DNA from: Malacoraja senta
Lineage: Eukaryota
Length of the DNA stretch: 64,000 nucleotides
Direction of reading: 5' to 3'
Assembly: GCA_038087875.1 (NCBI GenBank)
Contig: CM075998.1
Span: 3,784,001-3,848,000, forward strand
Positions 50,501 through 61,180 of this stretch are shown one piece after another. The stretch's first letter is position 1. Every line of letters starts with the position of its first letter. The translations under genes were made by a program, and so were the position numbers. Below the pieces are notes generated by a model that saw only the letters and a program-made list of their open reading frames with translations, did no database searches and was not told the DNA's origin.

Positions 50501-53500
50501 AGCACTGAAAGGAGCAAGGGTTGGATTGAAAAGTACAGAAAAATATTAACAGCTTCCATTTATATGGAAGTTTTAGCATGGATAGGTGCTTACAGTGGTA
50601 TGATCAATTACAAATGAACTGTGGACTAAAGAATAACAAACAAGGGAAATTGACCAAAGATTTGGTGATAAAAGTGGATTTTAAATGTTAATGGATGGAA
50701 GGGAAAAGTGGTGGAGCCATCCCTGGTACTGAAATCCAAATTATACTCAATTCCTGAGCATTCGTATATCAGGCTGCTCTGCTGCTTTCATTAAAATCGT
50801 GAATAAAAGATTAAATAAATAAATAAATAAATGCCTTTGGTGTTCACAGTCCCAGTTCACAGTCACAGTTCCTTACCCATAGGTAAGTAAAAATATTTGA
50901 ATCAGGTCAGACATAATTAAGAGAAATGTTTAAAAAAAAACACATATCCAAGCACTAGCTTGCTTTTAATTTCTTGCATTTAAGAGACTGAGGAAGATAT
51001 AGTCAAGGTATTTAAAGTGATAAAGTGCTTCAATAAAATATATGCAGAGGAATCATTTCCCTTGATGAGGATAATCCATAACCAGAGGGTACCATCTTAG
51101 ATTAAATTAGATCTCACAGTTCGGCAGTGAAACCAAGGAAGACTATCCTGTGCCGTTGTAAAATCAGCCCCCACCCCCTTTTCGTCCCTCATTTCAAATT
51201 TTGTAAATTAACTTTTCTGTGCACAATGTATTGCAAAGCAATGAACCATAGAAAGTCAAAATATGGCTCTGTATTTGTGATGGTCTGGTCCGCATTCGCA
51301 CCAGAGTTGTCAAAGGGAAGCATTGAGCAAAGACCTGGTACTGAAGCAAAGGAACAAAAGGAATATTAGTGGGGGAATCACCATGGCTGTATATTTCCTT
51401 TGACGCAGCTTAGAATGAGGTGGGTAGAACTTAAAGGTCATTTTGGTTTGTGCTGTGGTTGAGGGTGATGACTGACCCAGGGAGTGGAAAGAGCAGGAAC
51501 AAAGTTCCACATCCGTGAGGAGAAGGGAGAGTAATATTGGTGGTCGTGTAGACAGGACTTCTCATTTCTTTTGCTTGAGGAGCTTTCGTGTGAAAGCAAG
51601 GTTTTGTAAATTAGAAGGAGAGAAATTTGGAGGGAGTTAGCCTGCTGTGCCCTCAGACTGTCAATCTCAATAATCTATCCAAGTTCGGAACAGTTGATTT
51701 CTTTTTTCCAAAAGCAACAGAAGTAGACAAAGGAGCTAATTGTAATGGGCCACATGGCCTCACTGCCCAACTCACTGCACAGCTAGATACCTTTCTTGTT
51801 AATAGGTTTGGCTGGAACACTGAATATGGTTGAAGCAGACAGAGCAGTTTTGAAGATAAATCAAGGGAACAATGCTGATTTCCCCTCTCCTTTCGGTAGC
51901 GTAACAAAGTTTAAGTTTAAAAACAATCATAGGTGCAGTTGCTTGCCGTCCACTGATCTTTGCAATGTATTTTCCTGCAGATTCTAACATCGGAAAACCT
52001 GGCGACAGTGGTGATGGCTTCAGCAGGAAGTGTCCCATTAAACCAGTCTCTTCTCATTCCGCTCAACATGACAAGTCCAATAAATGCACAACAGGGACTT
52101 GTGTTTACTATTCCCGCAGCACCTCTTGCTTCTCTCCCAGGATTCACCCCTGCCACTGGTGCAGGAGGCATTCTCAAGCTTCCTCTGCCCAACACGCAGG
52201 GTAGGTCACACATCATTTACTGTGCACAGAATTCTATAAAATGCGTTGTTTAAGCTCTATTTTTTAAAGTCTTGTTTGTTTGACGTTATTGAATGGGTTA
52301 GCTATACCTAAAAATGTACCTGTTAGATTATTCAAATCAACCTGCCGTGATGGAGTACAGGGGAGTTGTCTCATGCCCGAGAGAAAGTAGCTTCCCCTGC
52401 TTGCATTTTCTTGGCCCATTTGCAAAGCATAGAGGATCTCCAGAGACAGGCCGGCCATGTTGGGCTGCGAAATCCAGTGTGTTGCCCAGCCTTGAGCAGC
52501 TTGTGTTTGTGTGATGCAGATGTTAGCTTCCATTGCAGCACTCGTAGCTTGAGCAGCCTCAGTGTATCACAATGAAAGCTGGGAAGTTGGCCGTCAGACT
52601 CTGCATGGCAGGAGCGTGGTTCTCTCGTGATCCTTGACAGCTCGTGCAGGTTTTCAGACAAGCCAGCCAGTGATCCAGCATCTCTCGCTGTGCATGCCCA
52701 TCAATATCAATCTGTAATCTTCCAGTGTGGGTCTCACCTGAATCCTCTGGAGCAGAACTCGGTTCAGTTCAATTTATTGCCGTGGTACAGTGAAAAGCTT
52801 TTGTGGCGTGCTAACTAGTCAATCGATCCATTTACAGTGTATAGATACATGATAAGGGAATAACGTTTAGTGCAAGGTAAAGCAAGAATAGTCCGAGGGT
52901 CATCAAAGAGGTAGATAGAGAGGTAGAATGTGTGTCACCCACAGGGAGCAGGTAAATGGGCAATTGCTGGGAGATGGGATTTGTTGAAACCCATTGCAGA
53001 CTTTCCCCAGGTGCAATGAGGACATTGACCTCATCAGGGATTTCTTGCTGTTACTTTATTATGGATCCTGGTGACATCTGACTGTAGGTTGTCTTCTTCC
53101 TTTCTACCTTGTGATTCAAGGCAGTCTCTGAATAAGTGCTGGGATGACAAACAGCACAATCTATACTGACAGGCTACTACCAACATAATAATGAGTTGCA
53201 AGCATAAGTAGACTCTTTTACTCGGAATAGGGGAATCAAGAACCAGAGGACAGGTTTAAGGTGAGAAGGGAAAGATTTAATAGAAAGCTGAGGAGGAATT
53301 TTTCACACAGAGGGTGGTGGGTGTATGGAACGAGCTGTCAGAGGAGGTAGTTGAGGCAGGGACTATAACAACCTGGGACAGGGACATGGGTAGGAATGGT
53401 TTGGAGGGATATGGGCCAAATGCGGGCAGGTGGGACTAGTGTAGATGGGGCATCTTGGTCGGTGTGGGCAAATTAGTCCAAAGGGCCTCTTTCCATGCTG

Positions 53501-56500
53501 TATGACTCAATTACTCTAAAAGTTGGGGTTTGGGGCATTTTGCAAGGTAAAAGACCGTTGGAAGGTCTATTTGTCACAGGACTGACCTTTGAATGTCACT
53601 CCGGGAAAATAAAGTCTGAATGACAGTGTCCCAGGCACCACTGAGCCAGAATTGTATATTTTCAGTCAACATTTTGGAGTCACATAAAATGGCCATTATT
53701 GAGTTTCACTCTAGAAGGAAAAAAAAATATGATGTTCAGATACACAATGCTGGAAAAAGGCTGTGTGCAGTTGATTCTTGGAGACAGTCTTGCAGGTAGT
53801 ACCAGAATCCTCTGCTAGGGGGCTTCGACCTGAGGGCCAACTTAAGGAAGTTTTCACAATATTTGTTGACCCAGACAGGTGTGAGGTATTGAGGTGCGAT
53901 AGGAGGTACGTTTACAAGTAGAAAAACAAGATCTCATTGTATTTAGCGCACAGACTTTCTTCGGAGATTTTAGTTTTGTGATTTTCTGTGGAGCAAGCTT
54001 GTGCTGAAATTACAAACATTCGGAACGGCTGTTGTCAGCATGTTTACAATTGGTTGGAGTAAGCAATACAAATGTAAAGAGGACTCCGATCTACAGGTAA
54101 TTGCAGAAATGTGGGAAGATTTGGGTTGAAATTGAATATTAGAACGTTTGTCACTTGTGGAAAGAATAAGTGTAAATGGAAGGATTCTGATGTTATTAAG
54201 TATTTGTGCTTCTCAGCTGTGTTGTGCTAAACAAGGCACATCATTTAATGAGCAAAGTAAATCATTGTTCAAGATTCGATGCATTTGCTTCTTGCTGCTA
54301 ATTCTTATTGTTATATCTTCATTATCTTCATTCCATTCCAGCTTTCGTGCCATGATCCTTTTTAACTTGTTCCCAGAATGTCGGTGACATTGGCAGGATC
54401 AGTATTCCTATCCCACCACAAATTGCTCTGTAACTAAGTAGGTTTGCAAAGGCAGTTCAGAACAGTTAACCACATTTCTGTGCATACGGAGTCACAAGTA
54501 GATCGCATCAGGTAAAGACAACAGATTTCCTTTTCTGAAAGGCATGGGTGAGCCAGGTGTGTGTTTTACAGCAAATCCCATAGTTTCATGATCACAGTTA
54601 TTGATGCTAACTTTTTATTTCCAGATTATTTTATATTTGAGGTAACCACATTTAAATTCCCATGGCAGGAATTCTACATCATATTTCTGGATCATCAGTA
54701 AATGTCTCTGGATTACTGGTCTATGTTTTTAATTTTGCTGTCATAACCCGTCGGCAGGCGGAATGTATATCTTCTTCATTAGAGGGTAGCATTAATTTTA
54801 CCATGTCTTTTTATGGACATCGTGCCTCTGATTAATTCATCAGACCTCAAGTCGTCATAAATAGGTGCTGACTTATTTCCGCAGTCCGTGTAATGTGCAT
54901 TAATTTGATTTGCCCAATACAAAAAAATTGTAGACTAAAAGCAGCAGGTGACTGTCTCCAACACATAAATCAGTTACCTTGATCTGCCGTTTCAAAGCTA
55001 GACCTCAGCTTCACGGAGCTTTCTCTTCTTGCAAATGGCGTGCACAGCCTAAAATTGTAGGACAACGTGTTCTGTTTGATCTTATTTGATTGTGCACGCC
55101 AGGTTGATTGCATTCGTCGAACCACGTGAAGGTTGCAATCTCCAACCCCTTCACGAGAGCTTGTATCTCAGGGCTACATACATCTTCTTCTTTCGTGTCG
55201 ATCTTCCATGTTTCAAATGTTGACCTCGCTGTCATCGTCCGTCCTGAAAAGGGCGCAAGCTTCCGGCGACAATCAGTGGGAGCCATCACTCGTTGCAATA
55301 GATGATGGTGGTAGCAGAATTAGCTCGGGATACTCCCAGTTTCCAGCCCCGCGACGTGGACGCTTCTGCTATGGGGCTGCTGCATACATCAAAGCCAGAT
55401 AATCGCACGTACAATACATAGATTAGCTGAATTTATTTTTTAATATCCTGAAAATGTACTTGGATCAGATTAGTCACAAATTCATATTTTTCAATATAAC
55501 ATTTAATATGATTGTCTGTTCGGTGGGGCGATGTACACTCTCCCCTCAGTTCCTCCTCAATGCCTTCTCGCTGTCCCTCATTTGCTCTTCACTGATTCCA
55601 CATTGCCACCTCACTGCCACCTCAGCACTCCACTCAGTGACTGTTACGCCACATCTTCACTGCGACTCCGCTTTTGGTATTGGCTTATTATTGTCACGTG
55701 CACCACGATACAGTGAAAAACTTGCTTTGAGTGCTGTCCAAGTAAATCGTGCCACAAATGTTTACAACAGGAGTGCAAAGGGAACATCAGCAGCGAGCAG
55801 AATTTGATGTTACAGCTACAAAGAAAGTATAGCTGAAAAAAAAGTGCAAGTTGCACATCGGGATAGGTTCAGTGATCAGGGACTATACCTTTAGCTTGTG
55901 AAAGGTTTGTTCAGTTGTCTGATAACAGCAGGGAAGAGGCTGTCCCAAGATCTGGTGGTATGCACTTTCAAGCTTCCGTACCTTCCACCCGACAGGAGAG
56001 GGGGTTCAAGTGGTCCATTATTCTGTTCGCTACCTTCCCGAGGCAGGTTGAAGTCTAGATGGAGTCGATGGGAGGGGGGGGGGGGGGGGGGTTGATCATG
56101 GGGAAAATGGTACATATGGTATAGTCTATGTTTCACCTGCAGTTTCTTGATACCCTTTTAAACTAATTCCCATTATTGCATATTTTCTTTGTCAAACAGT
56201 GTTTTCATGTTTCGATTCCCTGGAAACCTTTATAATTCTGACAATAATAAACCAATACCAAAACTCAGCTCGCTCTCGCCAAACTCACTGTCATCCCACC
56301 TTGCTGGTGCACCTTGATGCTGCTCTGCAAAGTGAGCTACAACGTTTCAGAATTTTGTAAGACGGAACTGCAGGTGCTGGTTTACACCGAAGATCGACAC
56401 AAGATGCTGGAGTAGCTCAGCAGGTCAGGCAGCATCTCTGGAGAAACGGAATAGGTGACGTTTTGGGTCCAGACCCTTCATCAGAGCTAAAAATGCTACC

Positions 56501-59500
56501 TACTCAAAGGTGCAATTCCAATGTGTAGGACGTATATATAGAAAGAGTGGAGGAAGAAATGTTGGTATGATTTGTTTGATGATAATCTGATTACATTGTT
56601 GCTCTGTTGTTCCCAGATGAGATATTTCAATACTGTGGAAAATGCAGTACACTAGAATAAATCTGCCCCACGGTCTAAATTTCAGAACATTTCTCCAGGA
56701 GAGCCTCATCATAATTGTGCTGCATAAAGGGGATATTGGAAATCTGCTTGGTTTATTAATGAATTCTAATTTGTCAATCTGTGACCCAGAGGTGAAATCA
56801 ATGTTTAGTAAAGTTTGCCAATAAGTGTTGGATCCTGCTAAGCTTGCCAGTGCTGAGTCCATGCATCTGAATGGAAAGAACAGGCTCCCTTGTGCAAATT
56901 CCTCCTTCCTGATCTAGCTTGCTGCATGATCTTCCCCTTTCATCCCAAACTTGCACAGGTCCAGTGAAACAAATGATTGCACTGTTTTAGACTGGGCTGC
57001 TATAACTGACTTTCTTCAGTTTCCGAAGTGCAGCCCCAAATTTATACATCACAGAACTTAGCTATGAAAGGTGATGATTTTCTGTGGTAAAATCAGTTGT
57101 GTGCTAAAACTGCATTAGTACAAGCATGAGAAATAATTCTATATTAATTCTCAATTTTAATGGCTCCACGCTCTGTAATTCATTGGCATAAAAGGGGATC
57201 ATCCATCCACTGATAGAAATGACAACACAAGACATTTAGCCTTCTGACAGGCTGTTTAAATAAACCTGAAAAATGTGTGGTTAACAGAATAACCAATGTT
57301 TAGTTTAGAGAAACAGCGCAGAAATAGGCACTTTGGCCCACGAGCCCACGCCGACCAGCGATACCCTCACACTAACATTATCCTACACACACTGGGGACA
57401 ATTTATAATTTTACCAAGCCAATTAACCTACAAACTTATATGTCTCTGGAATGTGGGAGGAAACCGGAGCTTCTGGAGAAAACCCATGCAGGTCACGGGG
57501 AGAACGTACAAACTCCATACAGACAGCACCCATAGTCAGGATCGAACCCAGGTCTCTGGCGCTGTAAGGCAGCAACTCTACCGTTGCGCCACCATGCCGC
57601 CAATGTGTGGGAGGCAACTTAATGTCTGACAAGTTTTAAGGTGAGGGGGGAAAGATTTAATAGGAACTTGAGGAGCAGCTTTTTTTACACAGAGGGAGGT
57701 AGGTATATGGAACAAGTTGCCAGAGGATGTAGTTGAGGCAGGTACTATCACAACAAAACATTTGGACAGATACATGGATAGGATAGGCATGGAGGGATAT
57801 GGAGCAAAAGCAGGCAGGTGGGACTAGTGTAGATAGAACATGGTGGTCGATGTGGACAAATTTGGCCAAAGGACCTGTTTCCACGCTACATGAGTCTATG
57901 ACTCTATCTCATTATTTAATAGTTCCAGTTCATTGTTGCAAGGCATTTGATGATATTTATGGGGAACTCATCTTTTAACCGTAGCCCTTTTTAAATGGTT
58001 TGTAATTTGTTAAAGAAAGGAGATCTAGATTAAAGAGTAATTCTGAATGGGTATTCTGAATCATTTGAAGCTGTACCAATTATCTATAATGGGTACATGT
58101 ATAAGATGGAAATTTGTGCTCAGCTATGCACTTAATGTGTATGGAGCAACTGCTACGATATGATCACATTTAGTGCAAGTGATCAAAGATGAATTTCTAT
58201 CTGAATGTATTAATAAGTAAACAATTAGTGACATTATTAGATGAGATTGTAGTAAATCCAAGAGTGAGAAGCTTCTATTTGCTGGAATAGAACTAATCTG
58301 GGTATTTAAAATGTGTGGGGAGGAACTGCAGATGATACAAATGATTAAAACCAAAGATAGACACAAAAAGCTGGAATAACTCAGCGGGACTGGCAGCATC
58401 TCTGGAGAGACATCATTTCGAGTTGAGACCCTTCTTCAGACTGAAGAAAGGTCTTGACCTGAAACGTCACCCATTCCTTCTCTCCAGAGATGCTGTCTGA
58501 CCCGCAGAATTACTACAGCTTTTTGTGTCTATCCTGGTTTTTTTTTTAATGTATCTCATTCTAATCAATGGGTTTTGTTTCCAATCCCCTTGTAGCTACA
58601 TCCTTGTTGAATACCACACTCCAGACGGCACAGCTTCAACAGACCCTACAACTTCAGCCTACTCTACCGTCCCTTTCTACATCTACTCTACCCGTGAAGC
58701 AAACGGAAACACAAGCCCAGATTACTTCCATCAACACACCTCAAGGCCTGACTTTAAATCCCACAATCGTGAGTTACTCCAGTGCATTGCAGAGAATTTA
58801 AATTTTACTTTGCTGAAAATAAATTCCACTTCTTCTGAAAATAAAACAAAATGATGGTGTTCAGAATGCCAAGGGTAATAAGTGGAACAGACATCAATGC
58901 CACTACAGCAACTTTCTCAAAGAAATCATTTCAAAACATTCTGAGGCAGCTGGTTTATTTGTAACTTATTCAAAATAGGAGAGCATAAAGGGGCTGTCCC
59001 ACTGCGGCGACCTAATTCACGAGTTCGGACGAGTTTGCCCTCGACATACTCGCAGCATGGTCGACACGAGGTCCTAGGAAGTCTTTGTAACTCTCCTTCA
59101 TGCTCGAGAGTAGTCCCCGCGTACTCGAGGCCTCAGCTAGGTCGCGGCGTATTTTTCAACATGCTGAAAAATGGCCGCGAGTAAAAAAAGGTCACCATGG
59201 AAAAAAATCGATATTTTTTTACTCGTGGGTTTAGTCGAGGTAGGTCCTAGTAGGTCATAATGCTATTTGTAGGTAATCAAAGGTAGTCGAAGGTAAAGCT
59301 CGTTGAGGAAAAAAAAGGTAAGTAAACCGACTGGTAATGTTAAATGCCCGCTAAACTTTATTAAACGTTGTCTGACTTCTTAAAAGTGTCTCCCCCCCCT
59401 TCTCCCCCCTCCCCTCCCTCCCTCTCCCCTCCCTCCTCTCCCCTCCCTCCTCTCCCCTCCCTCCTCTCCCCTCCCTCCTCTCCCCTCCCTCCTCTCCCCT

Positions 59501-61180
59501 CCCTCCTCTCCCCTCCCTCCTCTCCCCTCCCTCCTCTCCCCTCCCTCCTCTCCCCTCCCTCCTCTCCCCTCCCTCCTCTCCCCTCCCTCCTCTCCCCTCC
59601 CTCCTCTCCCCTCCCTCCTCTCCCCTCCCTCCTCTCCCCTCTCCTCTCCTCCCCTCCTCTTCCCCCTCTGTCCCCTCCTCTCCCCTTCTCTCCCCCCTCC
59701 GCGCTCTCTAAAGGACTTACCAAACTGTGCCAGCCGTCTTTTACCTTCCTGTTCATCGCGGGTGTGAATTTCAGACCGCGCTCTCCCGCTTTCCCTGGCC
59801 CCCGCCTTTGCGGTGTGTGTGTGTGTGTGCGCAGACGGTCAATCCAGCTCGCGGTTTCAACGCTGACGGTCGATCCAGCTCGAGGTTTTTCAGGCGAGTG
59901 CCCTCGAGCTTGAAGGTTGAAGACAGTCGCTGAAAGGTCGCGTCAGTGGGACAGGCCCTTTACTAGACATTTTAGCGGTGCAGTAATTGACTGTCAGCTA
60001 AGAGTTGGAGTTGGGAAAGGTGCTGCCTCATAACCCTTTCCCAAGACCAAGCTGAGGAGGTTTGAAGTCCCAGGCTGGATTGGGCATGGGCTGGGGTGAG
60101 ATGAGGGTGGAGGAGAAGGGGACATTGGAGCCTACCTGGCATATGGCTGTGGTGGAGGGGCAGGAGCATAAGGTCTGCACCTGGAATAGAACAGGGATGG
60201 GAAAAGGAAGACACCAGCATGCAGCGAGGATTGGGGGTAAGGGAGGAGAGGGGAGAAAGGAAAGACACCAACACTTGTGGAAGGATAAGTGTGGAGGTGG
60301 ACAGGTAAAGACACCTGTAGATAAATGGACTTTGTGATGTCGACTTGCGGATGCTATTGATTACATCCACGTTGCCATTCGTACACTGACAGGTAATGTT
60401 TTTCCTTTTGTCAAGAATAGGTCCTTAAAAGTACAACTCCAATGTTTGGAGTACTGAAAGAGTATGCTGGAGTGGATGTTGGAGATCACTAACAGAATGA
60501 TCATAGTTTATGAATTGAAAGAGACAAAGGGTTTGTGAGGAGGAGCGACTTCAATCCAAATTCCTAGATGAAATAAAACATTAATCGTCTTCAGCAGTGG
60601 CCAAAGCGGGTAATGTGTAGGATGGAACTGCAGATGCTGGTTTACACTGAATAAAGACACAAAATGCTAGAGTAACACAGCGGGGCAGGCAGCATCTCTG
60701 GATAGAAGGAATGGATGCTGTTTTGGGTCGCAACCAGTCTGAAGAAGGGTCTCGACCCGAAATGTCACGCATCCCTTCTATCCAGAGATGCTGCCTGACG
60801 CTCTGAGTTACTCCGGCATTTTGTGCCGTTCTTCGGCCAAAGCGGGAAAGATGCATCACGCAATCGTCAAGGATTATTTTTTTCTCTTTTGTCTTCACGT
60901 GGTTCTAAATATTAGAATATACAGCAGAGCTACTCAGAGTGGAAAAGTTTAATTAAGAAATTTGTAGTCGATCACTGTGAAATTTGTGCATACCTTATCT
61001 GCTATGATATTAAACTATCACTGGGTTCGTATAAGAACAATTGTCTTCCTTTTTCTCACCTCATAGCTCAGCAGTCAAGCTCAACTTGTTGGCTCTTTGA
61101 CTGCTACACCAATTATTGCCAATGCCATGCATGGTTTTCAGGGAATCATGAGTCCGATCATAACTAATGCACAAGGACAG
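38543..61180 (+). CDS. POU6F1: POU class 6 homeobox 1 (Brn-5), 5' partial spliced CDS: join(38543-38596, 46120-46327, 49632-49729, 51981-52200, 58596-58768, 61067-61180); continues beyond the window
   Basis: Six GT-AG exons with consistent phases (0,1,0,1,0,0). ILTSENLATVV...LLIPLNMTSPINAQQGLVFTIP and QLVGSLTATPII...IITNAQGQ match recalled POU6F1 (VLTQENLATV...LLIPISIAGQVAGQQGLAVWTIP; QILGSLTTAPVI...ILTNAQGQ). The divergent arrangement with DAZAP2 is as recalled for mammals. Confidence 0.92.
39640..39890 (+). mobile_element. Penelope GIY-YIG endonuclease fragment
   Basis: Degenerate FPCYRRRCNICPYT and NLVYYIQCTQCVLHYIGESK. Confidence 0.72.
39892..39957. mobile_element. Terminal fragment of the same Tc1 family (a second fragment at about 40209-40268)
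   Basis: ttgtggagtac...aaacattatggagggcactg|ta matches the right TIR at 12443-12507. Confidence 0.8.
41251..41421. mobile_element. Young fold-back Penelope-derived element (second subfamily)
   Basis: Perfect inverted arms of about 58 bp; 15-bp TSD ttaagctcatacctg at 41236-41250 and 41422-41436. Confidence 0.82.
41990..42730 (-). mobile_element. GC-rich non-autonomous retroelement with LINE-type tail; related copy on + at about 63620-63982
   Basis: Both share ccatcacagtgagga...ctgtggtggat and end in gacaa(a)taaa plus a short tandem tail. Confidence 0.6.
43061..44322 (-). mobile_element. 5'-truncated degenerate CR1 LINE
   Basis: [46 protein letters not shown] in several frames, plus CR1 3' UTR. 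Confidence 0.93.
46120..46327 (+). CDS. POU6F1: POU6F1 coding exon 2
   Basis: tatttgcag|GCT ... AGT G|gtgagc; ATAMTVQEITKVSSRKVD... resembles VIVMSGHETIRVLEVGVD. Confidence 0.82.
47630..48250 (-). mobile_element. 3' fragment of the same Rex/L2-like LINE family
   Basis: AHQRLYFLRMLRKFGM, HPSHSLFSPLPSGKRYRS and 3' tail. Confidence 0.85.
48595..49120 (+). mobile_element. LINE ORF2 fragment (region between endonuclease and RT)
   Basis: KTFRVYPDQNPWM...YKKAKYDLCKAGRDAK resembles Rex/L2-like ORF2. Confidence 0.65.
49632..49729 (+). CDS. POU6F1: POU6F1 coding exon 3
   Basis: tttatattttag|AA ... CCG|gtaaac; EQTGIMSVNEIQTNRVQLQAQQTVPISVPTMTP; bridges phase 1 to phase 0 as required. Confidence 0.78.
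51981..52200 (+). CDS. POU6F1: POU6F1 coding exon 4
   Basis: ttttcctgcag|ATT ... CAG G|gtaggt; ILTSENLATVVMASAG...GGILKLPLPNTQ. Confidence 0.93.
58596..58768 (+). CDS. POU6F1: POU6F1 coding exon 5
   Basis: ccccttgtag|CT ... ATC|gtgagt; ATSLLNTTLQ...QITSINTPQGLTLNPTI resembles AAAVLNTAL...QITVQPAGFAFSPGI. Confidence 0.88.
58989..59959. mobile_element. PIF/Harbinger-like non-autonomous element (MITE) with internal C/T array
   Basis: TIRs AGGGGCTGTCCCACTG...CAGTGGGACAGGCCCT flanked by TAA/TTA; no coding capacity. Confidence 0.75.
59426..59635. repeat. Minisatellite (CCCCTCCCTCCTCT) x15
   Basis: 14-bp period read directly; lies in a near-pure pyrimidine tract at about 59391-59700. Confidence 0.93.
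61067..61180 (+). CDS. POU6F1: POU6F1 coding exon 6
   Basis: Pyrimidine tract then catag|CTC ... CAG|gtaggt; LSSQAQLVGSLTATPIIANAMHGFQGIMSPIITNAQGQ. Confidence 0.93.

Noticed and set aside
55011..55402. CpG-containing ORFs in a POU6F1 intron
   Set aside because: Faint resemblance to a decayed CR1 RT region; no splice or phase need for an extra exon.
59361..59913. Long Pro/Ser-rich and Gly/Glu/Arg-rich ORFs
   Set aside because: Translations of the 14-bp C/T minisatellite inside a MITE.
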